Position numbers and translations under genes: made by a program. From the IMG/VR virus record IMGVR_UViG_3300037245_003208: 64,000 nt of DNA; one strand, written 5' to 3'. This DNA comes from an uncultured virus (IMG/VR IMGVR_UViG_3300037245_003208). Lineage: Duplodnaviria; Heunggongvirae; Uroviricota; Caudoviricetes. Shown here in pieces: positions 47,398 through 57,873 of this stretch (position 1 is its first letter; each line of letters begins with the position of its first letter). Under the pieces are notes generated by a model, which was not told where the DNA came from, ran no database searches, and saw only the letters and a program-made list of their open reading frames with translations.

Positions 47398-47799
47398 ATG
47401 AGAAAGCAATCAGTTAAATTAACAGACAGGGAAACCAAATTCTCACAAAGTCACAGAAAAGAAAAATTTGCAGGTTTTGATCGCGGAATAAAGGTTGTTG
47501 ATAATGAATTTAATGTGTTTATAGATTGCAGAATTTATTGGACAAGTACCTTTAACACTTGTACTTGCTGTTTGTGGATTAGTGGAAAAAATGATTATAT
47601 TAATGCTTCTGGTTCCGCTGGTGGGTATGGGTATGATAAAATCAGTGCTGCAATAGGAGATGCAATTCATAACGCAGGTTTTGACCTTGTAAAAAGCGTC
47701 GATGGTGTGGGAATAGATGCAGCAAAAGAAGCTTTAATCCTGATAGCTAAAAAAGTTTCTAAAAAAAGAAAAGTCCACTTGATTGAATGTTACGGATAA
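47398..47799 (+). CDS. Conserved-looking phage hypothetical protein
   Basis: GSAGGYGYDKISAAI motif, recurrent in phage early regions. Confidence 0.7.
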   Translation: MRKQSVKLTDRETKFSQSHRKEKFAGFDRGIKVVDNEFNVFIDCRIYWTSTFNTCTCCLWISGKNDYINASGSAGGYGYDKISAAIGDAIHNAGFDLVKSVDGVGIDAAKEALILIAKKVSKKRKVHLIECYG

Positions 47800-47834
47800 A
47801 AATAAATAAATTAAAAACAAAAGGATAACAGAAA

Positions 47835-48524
47835 ATGACTTCATTCAATAAGAGAAACAAAGCTGAAGTAATGGCAGGGGTGAAAGAGACTGTTGTTAAA
47901 AGTAAAATAGTGGGTTCGTCCACTGTTGAATACTTTACAGAAACTCACAGATGTGTGCGATACCATGAAACAGATGTGGTGCGGGAGAATCTAAAAACAG
48001 GGGAAATTACATTAAACTCAGATGGATGGAAAACTCCAACCACTAAAAAACGCATAAACGATTTTCAAAACATCATAGGAATTTTTCAAGAAAAAGGAAT
48101 ATGGTATTGTGTAAAGAACAAACGATATAACAATCTACACAAAAACATGCCTTTTTATGATGGAATAAAATTCACAAAACGTGGGAGATGTTTAAAAATT
48201 AAGAAAAATGAAATTAATAAAACTGCTGAAATCCTAAAAATGATTGATGCTTACTGTGATAAACTTAAAAAAGAAGGGTATCCAGAACCATCCACAGGTG
48301 ATTGTTTCATATGCACAATAGTGTCGCATGAAAACATTTTAAAAAATACAGAGCACATTAAATCCCATTTAAAAGAGAAATATATCCATGGAAGTTTTAT
48401 CACGTTAACGTTGCTAAATGCTGGCTATAAGCAATCACAAATTCCATATGTGTCACGAATTGATGATTTTGTGCTCAGAGCAGTGAGAAAGATATTCAAA
48501 CAAGTTTATGGAATTGCGGTCTAA
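47835..48524 (+). CDS. Conserved-looking phage hypothetical protein
   Basis: YHETDVV..ITLNSDGWKTPTTKKRIN motif. Confidence 0.7.
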   Translation: MTSFNKRNKAEVMAGVKETVVKSKIVGSSTVEYFTETHRCVRYHETDVVRENLKTGEITLNSDGWKTPTTKKRINDFQNIIGIFQEKGIWYCVKNKRYNNLHKNMPFYDGIKFTKRGRCLKIKKNEINKTAEILKMIDAYCDKLKKEGYPEPSTGDCFICTIVSHENILKNTEHIKSHLKEKYIHGSFITLTLLNAGYKQSQIPYVSRIDDFVLRAVRKIFKQVYGIAV

Positions 48525-48544
48525 CAAATACAGGGAGAAAAACG

Positions 48545-48850
48545 ATGCCAGAAAGCACAGCTTTATTATTGAGAATTTCCAGTGGGAATATTTCTAAATA
48601 TGATTTTAATAAACTTATGAAAAAACAACCTGAACCTCCTTTTATCTGCGCAGTGTATGAATTTGGAGTAATCATAAGCATTGTTGAAAGTTCTGAGCTT
48701 GAAGAGCAGGAAATAACTCTTTTAGGATTAGGATTTTCCAAGGAATTCATAGCCACCTTAGCTTTAATAAGCACTGAAGAGGAATATGAGTTTATTCAGA
48801 TTGACAGGGATAATCATCCCGTGTCCTTTTTACCCACATACAATTGGTGA
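48545..48850 (+). CDS. Hypothetical protein
   Basis: ISSGNIS...IDRD...LPTYNW motif. Confidence 0.65.
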   Translation: MPESTALLLRISSGNISKYDFNKLMKKQPEPPFICAVYEFGVIISIVESSELEEQEITLLGLGFSKEFIATLALISTEEEYEFIQIDRDNHPVSFLPTYNW

Positions 48851-48947
48851 TTATAATGAACTGGAAAGATAGAATTTGTTATTTTGCAGCGCTCGCATTT
48901 GCGGCTTTTTTAATTTACAATTTCCCATGTTAAAAGGAGAAATAATT

Positions 48948-49415
48948 ATGAAATGTATTATTTGTGATGGAAAAACAGCGAGTGGAGATGTATGTGCGCA
49001 TTGCAGACAGTTCTGTCCACTCTGCTGCATATGCACAGAAACTAACACCTGTAACAGGAGTTTTTGGGACGTTGTTAGACATGAGGACGGAGCTGTGGTG
49101 GGGTTTACTTGCACGGCATTCTCTTATTCTCTTAATCCTGAGAAACCTCTAACTTTAGAAAATTTGAAAAAAGAAATGGAAAAATTCATATTTGCAGGTT
49201 ATGGGGAAAAAGAGGACGATTCATTCGATGAGGATGAGATAAAAGTCCTTCAAAATTTTCTATACCATCTTATTGAGAAACCAGCAAAAGATGAAAAAGA
49301 AATCCACATCACAGCGAACAATCTAAAGCAGGCCCAAGAAATTTTAGATGCTTTGACGAACACTCATAATAATAAAGCTGAAAAACGTAAAGCTGAGTGG
49401 AAATTAAATCCATAA
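48948..49415 (+). CDS. Cys-rich hypothetical protein
   Basis: AAAGGAG RBS before MKCIICDG. Confidence 0.65.
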   Translation: MKCIICDGKTASGDVCAHCRQFCPLCCICTETNTCNRSFWDVVRHEDGAVVGFTCTAFSYSLNPEKPLTLENLKKEMEKFIFAGYGEKEDDSFDEDEIKVLQNFLYHLIEKPAKDEKEIHITANNLKQAQEILDALTNTHNNKAEKRKAEWKLNP

Positions 49416-49427
49416 GGGGGACATAAA

Positions 49428-49835
49428 ATGTCAATGAAACAATGGGAAATATTAAAACAAAAACCAATTACGTACAAGCAAAGAGTTAAAAATTTACTAT
49501 ATTACAAAGCTGTGACACTTCGTTGTTATGCTTTCATTTCACCAGAAATATTGGCAGATGTTGACAGGCACTCAGAAGAAGTTTGGAGGAAATTCTGCAA
49601 AGTGTTAGAACGTGCTGATATGTTCTACTCTCCCACAGATGAAAATATTTGCCCACAGTGTTATATTAATTACAGCGGAAAAATACCATGTGAACCCTGC
49701 GTCTGGGGAGCTCTTTACGGAATCTGTAAAAAAGATGGGAGTGCCTACAATAAGCTTCTCAGTGATTTTAAATGTGAGTATTTATTTGATGTTTTAAATA
49801 GCCAAAAAATTCTAAAAATTATAGGTGGTTTATGA
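49428..49835 (+). CDS. Cys-cluster hypothetical protein
   Basis: CPQC..CEPC...GIC. Confidence 0.6.
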   Translation: MSMKQWEILKQKPITYKQRVKNLLYYKAVTLRCYAFISPEILADVDRHSEEVWRKFCKVLERADMFYSPTDENICPQCYINYSGKIPCEPCVWGALYGICKKDGSAYNKLLSDFKCEYLFDVLNSQKILKIIGGL

Positions 49836-50008
49836 TTTATGCTGAAGTAATACAAAACGCAAAAACAGTCAGAGAAATAACTCATCCAATCATTGCAGAA
49901 ATTGCAGAAAAATTCAACAAGGGACTTCATGATGTTTTCTCAGACATTTTAAAACATCATGGAGTTATTTATTTACCTGATCTTTCAACACTTTTACAGG
50001 AGAAATAA
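49832..50008 (+). CDS. 58-aa hypothetical protein
   Basis: Hand-translated MIYAEVIQNAK...LLQEK; ATGA overlap with the upstream stop. Confidence 0.55.
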   Translation: MIYAEVIQNAKTVREITHPIIAEIAEKFNKGLHDVFSDILKHHGVIYLPDLSTLLQEK

Positions 50009-50009
50009 T

Positions 50010-50756
50010 GTGAAAAAAATAAAATCAATAATCTGGCCTCGTATCAATGTTGTTAAATTATTCAAATTTGATGAACTTTCCAAAGAAGTCCAAGAAGAAC
50101 TTTACGAAAAAGCCAGGTATGAAAATGTTGAATATTGTGACTGGCACGAGGGAGTGACAGATCAGGCATTAGAAAAATTAGAAGAGTATGGTTTTGAGAA
50201 TTCTAATATCGCTTTTTCAGGTTTTGGAAGTCAGGGAGATGGGGCATGTTTTGATTGTGGTTCAATTAATATTGACGAATACCTAAATAAGCATCCAGAA
50301 AAATATCCAATCGCTAAAAAACTGTTTGATCGTTATTTTCTTCCTCATATTTATACATCCACCAACATCACTAATTCCCATTATAATCATGAGAAATCAA
50401 GGTACGTCCACTTGGATTGTGAAACATTTGACATAATCGCAGAAATGCAAAATTCTGTCCTATTCCGAGATGTTATAAGTACTCATGAATTAGGGTCATT
50501 TATTGAAGATGTTCTATGCAGTGTTGAAACTGTTTTAGAAGATGAAAGGCACGAATTATCCTGTGAAATTTATGCAGACTTAGAAAAAGAATATAACTAT
50601 CTCACAAGTGACCCTGTTCTTAAGGAAAAATTTGACTGGTATTGGTACGATGAAACAGGAGTAGAAATTTCAGAAATTGAATACATTCTGCCATGGAAAA
50701 CCAGAATCAAAAAGTGGTTAAATAATAAACTTGCAAAACTTGTTAACATATGGTAA
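50010..50756 (+). CDS. Conserved-looking acidic phage protein
   Basis: FDELSKE.Q, FSGFGSQGDGACF and LEKEYNYLTSD motifs. Confidence 0.7.
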   Translation: MKKIKSIIWPRINVVKLFKFDELSKEVQEELYEKARYENVEYCDWHEGVTDQALEKLEEYGFENSNIAFSGFGSQGDGACFDCGSINIDEYLNKHPEKYPIAKKLFDRYFLPHIYTSTNITNSHYNHEKSRYVHLDCETFDIIAEMQNSVLFRDVISTHELGSFIEDVLCSVETVLEDERHELSCEIYADLEKEYNYLTSDPVLKEKFDWYWYDETGVEISEIEYILPWKTRIKKWLNNKLAKLVNIW

Positions 50757-50776
50757 CAAATAACATATGTTAACAA
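50740..50776. promoter_or_regulatory. Palindromic operator candidate
   Basis: TTGTTAACATATG-n11-CATATGTTAACAA, overlapping a TTGCAA promoter-like sequence upstream of the RHH gene. Confidence 0.7.
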
Positions 50777-50796
50777 TTAAATGTAAGGAGAAGTCA

Positions 50797-51033
50797 ATGA
50801 AACAACCCAGACCCAAAAGAACAAGACCCACAAGCAGTGGAAAAACTCCAAAGTCAGATAACGCCAAAACAACATCCATAGCAATCAAACCTGAGTTTTT
50901 GAAAAAAGTTGATGCTGTTGCCAAACACGAAGACGTGGACAGGTCACGAAGTCAATTGGTGAATCGCGCCCTTAAATATTATTTCAAACATGAATTATCA
51001 GATATTATTGATGAATTGGGAATAGTCATATGA
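50797..51033 (+). CDS. Ribbon-helix-helix regulator
   Basis: TTSIAIKPEFLKKVDAVA...RSRSQLVNRALKYY. Confidence 0.85.
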   Translation: MKQPRPKRTRPTSSGKTPKSDNAKTTSIAIKPEFLKKVDAVAKHEDVDRSRSQLVNRALKYYFKHELSDIIDELGIVI

Positions 51034-52457
51034 TTGAAATAATTATCAGCAATGAAATCGTAATTAACTCACCTCCCATGGAAATTATTCCAGATATATT
51101 GGAGAAATTTTCCATTCCTAATCCAAAATGGAAATTCAATAACAAGCACGGATACTCTAACAACGAAGTTACTCAATCTTATCTATGTGCTGAGCATGAT
51201 GATGAGGAAGATATCTTATACGTGACTCGTGGGTGTTTTAACAGACTGGCTAATTTTTTGGAAACCAGGAGATTAAAATTTAAAGTAATTGATTCTACTG
51301 ATAAAGTTAAACAATGCAATTTTAAATTTCACGGGAAATTAAAACCATACCAGAAAAAAGCTGTTAAGGCATTTAGGAAATGTGAAGACGGAGTGCTCCA
51401 TGCGGCTACAGGATCAGGAAAAACAGTGATATCACTTGCTATTATTGCAGAAAGAAACTGCCCTACTTTAATTGTTGTTCATACCACAGAATTAGTCAAA
51501 CAATGGATTGAACGAATTAATCAATTTCTCAATATTCCTGTGAGCGAAATTGGGATTATAGGTGGAGGTAAGAAAATAATTAAAAATGTGACTGTTGCCA
51601 CCATTCAAACATTGTACAAAGTTAATAGGGATGTTTGTGAATATTTTGGTCATTTAATAATTGATGAATGTCACAAAATTCCATCGAGAACCTTCCAAGA
51701 AGGGATTTTTCCATTCAATTCTAAATATTTTTTGGGATTGACTGCCACACCATACAGAAGAGATGGACTTGAGCAATTAATATTTTCTACTATTGGAGAA
51801 ATTGTTCACACTGTTGATAAAGGTGCTCTGAAAGCAAATAAAGATATTCTCATACCTCGTATACATATGAGAAATACTGAATTTGAAATTAAACCTGTTA
51901 AAAGAGGTAGAGTTGTCAGCCTGCCCACAATTGATTCAGATTATGGTATTATCATGAAACAAATATCTGAAGATCATGAAAGAACAAAACTTATTTGTGA
52001 GGATGTTATAAACAATTTACATACAGGTATGTGTTTAATTATTTCAGACAGGAAACATCATTGTGCGAAATTTCATGAAATGCTCACAAAAAACGATGTG
52101 TATTCTGAAATGTTACTGGGGCATATGAGTGACGTGGCACGAGAAAAAGTCACTGCTAAAGTCCAGGCAAATGAAGTTCCTGTTCTGATTGCAACTGCTT
52201 CCTTAATTGGTGAAGGATTTGATTGTAAATATTTAACTAATTTATTTCTAACAATGCCAATTAAATTTAAAGGGAGGTTAACTCAGTACGTGGGAAGGAT
52301 ACTAAGACCTGATGGAAATAAGGATAAAATCCCGCAGATTTTTGATTACGTGGATAAAAACATAAGCTATTTTAATTCCACTGCGGCCCAAAGATTAAAG
52401 GTATATGGGAACGAGTTCCCATTAGCTGAATTTCACAAACAACATAAGAAACAATAA
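51030..52457 (+). CDS. Superfamily 2 DExH helicase
   Basis: LKPYQ, ATGSGKT, DECH, LTATP, EGFD and QYVGRILR. Confidence 0.95.
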   Translation: MIEIIISNEIVINSPPMEIIPDILEKFSIPNPKWKFNNKHGYSNNEVTQSYLCAEHDDEEDILYVTRGCFNRLANFLETRRLKFKVIDSTDKVKQCNFKFHGKLKPYQKKAVKAFRKCEDGVLHAATGSGKTVISLAIIAERNCPTLIVVHTTELVKQWIERINQFLNIPVSEIGIIGGGKKIIKNVTVATIQTLYKVNRDVCEYFGHLIIDECHKIPSRTFQEGIFPFNSKYFLGLTATPYRRDGLEQLIFSTIGEIVHTVDKGALKANKDILIPRIHMRNTEFEIKPVKRGRVVSLPTIDSDYGIIMKQISEDHERTKLICEDVINNLHTGMCLIISDRKHHCAKFHEMLTKNDVYSEMLLGHMSDVAREKVTAKVQANEVPVLIATASLIGEGFDCKYLTNLFLTMPIKFKGRLTQYVGRILRPDGNKDKIPQIFDYVDKNISYFNSTAAQRLKVYGNEFPLAEFHKQHKKQ

Positions 52458-52486
52458 CTTTATAATGTCATAAAAGGGGAAATATT

Positions 52487-53641
52487 ATGAGTAAGAAAAT
52501 ACAATTTTACAGTTGTCCTTATTGTGAGCATATGGAACTGTTTAGCTACGATATTTGCAGAGCATCTTTAATATGTGGTAACTGTAAAGAAGGCTTTGTA
52601 ATGGGCAATGAAGCGCTCAGGACTATGCTTAACAGAATATACCGTGCACGCATTGTAATTATTGGGATGATTGATGATGCAGATTGTGAATACACCCTTC
52701 ATCGTAGGCATTATGGCACAGGTAAATTTATTTTCACTCTTGTGGATTGGAATGGTGATTCCATTACTGATGAGGGACTTATTATTCGCGAACGAACTCT
52801 CACTTTTACTGAACTTAATCAATTGATAATTGACACTTTCAAAGATGAAAATAAAAAGGATGAGTCAGACACAGACAAACTCACTACTGCAATACTTGGA
52901 GGTGATAAAATGAAAATTGATGTGAGGTTTAATCAATGCGGTTGCGGTTTCATGGAAATGTTTAATTTTAATGCTTATGGACAGGTAGTAAAATGTCACG
53001 ATTGTAGCGCTAAACGCACCATTAAAGGGTCTGGGGAAGCTGAATATTTTACAGAAGGTTTGCATATTAACCACGTAATTGATGACTGTGCAACAACATA
53101 CAAGTTGAGATGTACTTCAAACAGGAACATATCATTTTTCAACTTAATAAATGCTGAAACTGGGCGCTCCTTTTCCTATGCAGGAGAACTGGGACTTGGA
53201 ACAACTAATATGTATGTGTCTCCTGACGAATTGAATAAACTTATAATTGACCTTTTTAAATATTTGGAGGAACCTGTCGAAAAAAAGGAAACTCATCCTG
53301 AGAAGTATTTAATGAAGAAGGTTTCCAGTTTGACATTATCGTATAACGAAATATACAAAACCTGCTTTAAACAAGTAGAAGATGACCCTGCATTAAAATT
53401 ATCCCATGAAAAGTTACTAAGGGGTATCTTGGGAAATAATAAAATTAACAAACTTCCCATAAAATTACCTACTGATTTAAGCAGTTATTGTTTGGAGGAC
53501 GCATTAAACTGTGTTGAGGCAGCACATAACTTCCATGAAACAACTTATAAGGAATTATGGTCTTTGAATGTTCCTGAACAAATACACACTGCTTCTGCAA
53601 CTCCTGTTAAAACAACTGCCACAGACGAAGAAGACGAGTAA
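52487..53641 (+). CDS. Protein with a tandemly duplicated Zn-ribbon domain
   Basis: Two homologous units, each ending ELN.LIID.FK. Confidence 0.65.
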   Translation: MSKKIQFYSCPYCEHMELFSYDICRASLICGNCKEGFVMGNEALRTMLNRIYRARIVIIGMIDDADCEYTLHRRHYGTGKFIFTLVDWNGDSITDEGLIIRERTLTFTELNQLIIDTFKDENKKDESDTDKLTTAILGGDKMKIDVRFNQCGCGFMEMFNFNAYGQVVKCHDCSAKRTIKGSGEAEYFTEGLHINHVIDDCATTYKLRCTSNRNISFFNLINAETGRSFSYAGELGLGTTNMYVSPDELNKLIIDLFKYLEEPVEKKETHPEKYLMKKVSSLTLSYNEIYKTCFKQVEDDPALKLSHEKLLRGILGNNKINKLPIKLPTDLSSYCLEDALNCVEAAHNFHETTYKELWSLNVPEQIHTASATPVKTTATDEEDE

Positions 53642-53645
53642 CGTT

Positions 53646-54551
53646 ATGATTGATTTAAGTCATTTTAACGTAACAGATTATCTTGATTCCAAAGGAATTT
53701 ATTACCGTTCAGAAGGTAAGAATATTCAACCAGGGTGGGTAGGAATTGATTGTCCATTCTGCATTGATCAGGACAGAGGTCAGCATTTGGGTATCTCAGC
53801 AACTGGTGGGATATCCTGTTGGCGCTGTGGAGCCCGTGGTAATGTTTATAAACTCATAAAATTATTGGACGAAGGAAAACGTCCAACTGCAATAATTGAG
53901 AAATACAGTAGCAAAATAATCAAATTAAATCGCACCATAGGAAAACGAACAGGTCTGCAATCATTGGAATTTCCTTCTGATTTTGGAGATTTGTCTGAAA
54001 ATTTTAAAGATTTTTTAATGGATCGTAGATACGACCCAGAAATAGTAATTCCTAAATATAAATTACAGGCTGGAGGTTTCCTTGGAGATTTTCCTTACAG
54101 GTTAATAGTTCCTTTTTATTCTCATGAGAAATTATTAACATGGATTGGAAGAGATATTACAGGAGGAGCAGAAATACCATACCTGCCTTTGGGAATTGAA
54201 AAATCAGTAATTCATTCCAGTTATCTTGTTTATAATATTGAATTTGTTAGGGATGTTGCAATCGTTGTTGAAGGTGTATTTGATGCCTGGAGAATTGGAG
54301 ACGGGGCAGCTTCCATACAAGGATTGGAATTCACTATTGAGCAATTGCAGTATTTTAAAAGATGTAAAAAAATGTTCGTGTTGATGGATGCTGGAAAAAA
54401 CGAGGAAAAAGTAGCAAAAAATCTGGGAAATGAGCTGAGTTCATTTGTTCCTGATGTTGAAATAATTAGATTAAGTGAGGGCGACCCTGATGATTTAACA
54501 GAGGCAGATGTTAAGAGTTTGAGAAAAGATTTATTAACCACTTTTTATTAA
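53646..54551 (+). CDS. DNA primase (Zn finger plus TOPRIM)
   Basis: CPFC..H...CWRC, RLIVP, GRDI, VVEGVFDA and MDA...DPD. Confidence 0.9.
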   Translation: MIDLSHFNVTDYLDSKGIYYRSEGKNIQPGWVGIDCPFCIDQDRGQHLGISATGGISCWRCGARGNVYKLIKLLDEGKRPTAIIEKYSSKIIKLNRTIGKRTGLQSLEFPSDFGDLSENFKDFLMDRRYDPEIVIPKYKLQAGGFLGDFPYRLIVPFYSHEKLLTWIGRDITGGAEIPYLPLGIEKSVIHSSYLVYNIEFVRDVAIVVEGVFDAWRIGDGAASIQGLEFTIEQLQYFKRCKKMFVLMDAGKNEEKVAKNLGNELSSFVPDVEIIRLSEGDPDDLTEADVKSLRKDLLTTFY

Positions 54552-54565
54552 AAGGGAAAATTAAA

Positions 54566-55159
54566 ATGGAATTAGCTATAAAAAGAATCAATGAAGATGC
54601 AGAACAAATTGAGCACTGGGAATTGTATAATGGGGTACAGGTAGTCCCCACTCATAAAAAAGATCCTGCAATTTCAAATTTTTCCAAAAATACAAGAAGA
54701 CAATATCTTGTTCTTGAAATGATCAGAGCTGCTTTTACCAACGTGGAATCCATGGATGTGGAGGTTATTAAACAGGCTGTATTCATCACACGATTAGGAG
54801 TTACCATTCAGAGAAGGTTAGTGGGTTCAGAAAAAATAAAACTGGCTCCACGTGCCTATGAAGTGTATGCAGGTGTTCTTAAAAAGCTGCAAAAGGAAAT
54901 GGAAAATCGTTTTCCAGAAAGAACCATGACACCATTAACTGTGGGAAATATGCTGCTATATTTTGTTACCATGGAAATTGAAAATGGGTCAGAAAATAAC
55001 AGAAATATGTGGAATTATTTACTGGCTCAATTGGTGAAAACTTTTAACATGATTCAGGACACTTTTCCAGAATACAAAGATAAACCGCAATGGGAAAGTC
55101 ATTTTGCTTTAAAAGGTGAATTCATGGGGAAGACTTTCTTGAAAATAATTAATGCATAA
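54566..55159 (+). CDS. Hypothetical protein
   Basis: ORF in operon. Confidence 0.6.
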   Translation: MELAIKRINEDAEQIEHWELYNGVQVVPTHKKDPAISNFSKNTRRQYLVLEMIRAAFTNVESMDVEVIKQAVFITRLGVTIQRRLVGSEKIKLAPRAYEVYAGVLKKLQKEMENRFPERTMTPLTVGNMLLYFVTMEIENGSENNRNMWNYLLAQLVKTFNMIQDTFPEYKDKPQWESHFALKGEFMGKTFLKIINA

Positions 55160-55177
55160 GGTAAACACAGGTGAAAT

Positions 55178-55390
55178 ATGATGCACACAGTCCCATGCAA
55201 CATAAAACGTAAGGCAATTATAGAAGGTGAGGTGGTTGAATATGACGCATGCTCACAATATAAACGTGAGCCCTTGTATGGAAAAAATATATTCACATAC
55301 ATTGGCAAAGGGGTGATTCACTCTATTGATAATGTGCCCCATAAAAGAATAAAACAGCTTCATTTCTGGAGAAAAATATCTGAAAGGTAA
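55178..55390 (+). CDS. Hypothetical protein
   Basis: ORF in operon. Confidence 0.5.
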   Translation: MMHTVPCNIKRKAIIEGEVVEYDACSQYKREPLYGKNIFTYIGKGVIHSIDNVPHKRIKQLHFWRKISER

Positions 55391-55394
55391 GGTT

Positions 55395-55628
55395 ATGTGC
55401 GAACTTGAAATATCTTTAGTGGTTACAGCCAATGTAAAACACCAAGCAAAAATAGCGAAGGACAAAGGGCTTGTTAAAATTATAGTGCGTTCTTTTTATT
55501 GTAAACATTATTTACCAATTGAGAATGTTTTAATTGCTGATTTAAATGATGAATTGCAATATTTCAAAAGTGATGAGGCAGTTACCCGCGATAAAATTGA
55601 GTATAGTCTGCTTCATCTATTAAAGTAA
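55395..55628 (+). CDS. Hypothetical protein
   Basis: ORF in operon. Confidence 0.5.
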   Translation: MCELEISLVVTANVKHQAKIAKDKGLVKIIVRSFYCKHYLPIENVLIADLNDELQYFKSDEAVTRDKIEYSLLHLLK

Positions 55629-55648
55629 CTGTTAAAGGATTATTAATC

Positions 55649-55903
55649 ATGAAATTTATAAAAATTCATCCAGAAATAGTAAAATTAGCACTTCATGACC
55701 CTGTTATAGATGCAACAATCTGCAAATTTGACACTCCTATAAAATTTAACCATTTAAACAAAACCACATATATTACAATCTTGGAGGAAATGGTAATTAA
55801 TCAAACAGCAGTAAAAATGGCAATGGTGAACACTATTACCAAATTTTTAAAAAACAGGAAGAATACTTATAATGAAACTAAACGAATTGTTAGAAAAAAT
55901 TAA
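55649..55903 (+). CDS. Hypothetical protein
   Basis: AAGGA RBS. Confidence 0.5.
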   Translation: MKFIKIHPEIVKLALHDPVIDATICKFDTPIKFNHLNKTTYITILEEMVINQTAVKMAMVNTITKFLKNRKNTYNETKRIVRKN

Positions 55904-57191
55904 GGCCAATCCCAGTACCAATGAGAAAATTAAAATATTGGAAGGAAATAAAGATTTCCCACTTCTTAAAATGTTTTTCAAACTTGCTTGCGACCCTGAT
56001 ATTGTATTTTACATTAAAAAAATACCCCCGTACAAAAAAACGTTAAGGAAAACAGATTTGGAAAGTGGCATTCCATTACTCATAAACTTGGCAAAGAGAA
56101 ATCTTACTGGAAACAATGCCAAAAAAGCTCTTGGAGAATTACTGGGAGGTTTGACAAATAACGATGATAAGGTAATTATCAGAATCATTAAAAAAGACCC
56201 TGATTGCGGTGTTGGAATTACAACTGTAAATAAAATATGGCCTGATTTAATTAGGGTGTGGCCTTATCAAAGATGCTCTGCTCATAATGAGAAAAATTTA
56301 ACAAAAATAAACTGGCCTGCTTTTGTTGAACGGAAAGCAAACGGAATGTTTATTAATACAATTGTAACTCCTTCTGAAGTTACCCATCTTACCAGGGAAG
56401 GAAAACAACTGCATTTACATGCTAATTTTAAAACGTTATTAATTGAAATAAAATCTCCTTATGATAAAGGTTTTGTTATTTTAGGAGAGGGGGAAGTCTT
56501 ACATGAGAACGGGCACATGTACCCAAGAAAAAAAGGCAACGGACTTTTGAGTAGATCACTGCACAAAAATTTAAGTCCTGAGATAGCTAAAAATGTAAGA
56601 TTATCTGCATGGACAATTATTCCTTTGCAGGATTGGAAAAACGGCCTGTGTGAAATTCCATACAAAACAAGACGTAAAATTTTAAGACATTTAATTCTTC
56701 ATAATGGTTTAGCATATGATAAAGTTAACTTAATTCATCAAGCCTGCGCAGAAACAGAAGCAAAAATGCGTAAATTTTTTGACAGAATGATTGAAATGGA
56801 GGAAGAAGGCGCAATAGTAAAAAACCGCATGGCAATTTGGAAATCAAGAGGAAAAACACCCTCTCCTGACGAAGTGAAAATAAAAATTCCAAAAGAATGT
56901 GAATTGGCGTGTGTTGGAACTTACCCACATAAGAAACATCCAGACCTTATTGGAGGTTTGGAATTAGAAAGCTCTTGTGGAAATGTAAAGGTAAATGTAG
57001 GTTCAGGACTATCCAAAAAAGATAGAGAAAAATCAGAAGATTATTGGATTGGGACAATAATAACTGTGTGGTTTGCACATGTAATCACTTCTAAACAAAA
57101 AACCACCCATTCCTTATATGAACCAAGAATGGTTGAGGAAAGATTTGACAAAAGCGAAGCTGATGATTTGAAATACATTCAACAATTATAA
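55872..57191 (+). CDS. lig: ATP-dependent DNA ligase (T4-like)
   Basis: STNEK N-domain, motif I ERKANG, EGE, EGAIVKN, KIK, VNVGSG and SLYEPR..RFDK. Confidence 0.92.
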   Translation: MKLNELLEKIKANPSTNEKIKILEGNKDFPLLKMFFKLACDPDIVFYIKKIPPYKKTLRKTDLESGIPLLINLAKRNLTGNNAKKALGELLGGLTNNDDKVIIRIIKKDPDCGVGITTVNKIWPDLIRVWPYQRCSAHNEKNLTKINWPAFVERKANGMFINTIVTPSEVTHLTREGKQLHLHANFKTLLIEIKSPYDKGFVILGEGEVLHENGHMYPRKKGNGLLSRSLHKNLSPEIAKNVRLSAWTIIPLQDWKNGLCEIPYKTRRKILRHLILHNGLAYDKVNLIHQACAETEAKMRKFFDRMIEMEEEGAIVKNRMAIWKSRGKTPSPDEVKIKIPKECELACVGTYPHKKHPDLIGGLELESSCGNVKVNVGSGLSKKDREKSEDYWIGTIITVWFAHVITSKQKTTHSLYEPRMVEERFDKSEADDLKYIQQL

Positions 57192-57208
57192 TAGAAAGAA
57201 GGTGAAAA

Positions 57209-57652
57209 ATGTATGGACATTTAACCAAAGATCAAGCAGAGAAAGTGGCAGTAGTTGGAAATAATGTGCTTGAAATGGCTATATTAGTAATACAGGAAAC
57301 GGAACCAGACGAAAAACATGCTGAAATATATGACAATTACACAGATTCTCAATGGGATGCTATAAGATTGTGGGAACAAAGAATGGTAAAAATATTTAAG
57401 AATGTTGTTGAAGATATTAAATTTGATTTAGATAATAATAATTTCAAAACACCCAAAAAGAAAGAGCTTGAATCATTTGTACATAAGAACGGCTGTCCTG
57501 ATTGCGGCGAAAACGACATTTCTTATGAAAGAATGGATAATGAGCTCGCATGTCACAATTGTGACTGGGATGCGTGTTTTAATTGTGGTGAAAGGACTTC
57601 AAAATGTCACTGCAGACCTGTTAAAGGACTTAAAAAATTAAGAACGTCCTAA
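57209..57652 (+). CDS. Zn-ribbon protein
   Basis: CPDC..CHNC..CFNC. Confidence 0.65.
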   Translation: MYGHLTKDQAEKVAVVGNNVLEMAILVIQETEPDEKHAEIYDNYTDSQWDAIRLWEQRMVKIFKNVVEDIKFDLDNNNFKTPKKKELESFVHKNGCPDCGENDISYERMDNELACHNCDWDACFNCGERTSKCHCRPVKGLKKLRTS

Positions 57653-57691
57653 TTATTAATAGGTAGTTATTTCAGTGGTTTAAATCTGTGC

Positions 57692-57873
57692 TTGACATGC
57701 GTTACTTATTGTGATTTAAATGCTGTGAACCCAGCAATATTTACCACACAACAACATTAAATAGTACAAACACAAGACCCGTTTATGGGAGCAGTAAGTG
57801 AAAGTCAACAATGTTGTTGTTTTAACGTGGTTGGGTTCAGCTTACATTTATTGCTCACATAAACGGGTTTTTT
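57692..57873 (+). promoter_or_regulatory. Sigma70-like promoter plus structured leader/attenuator
   Basis: TTGACA at 57692. A 24-bp stem (57777-57800/57845-57868) is followed by a T run, and its loop is complementary to 57726-57758. Confidence 0.75.
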
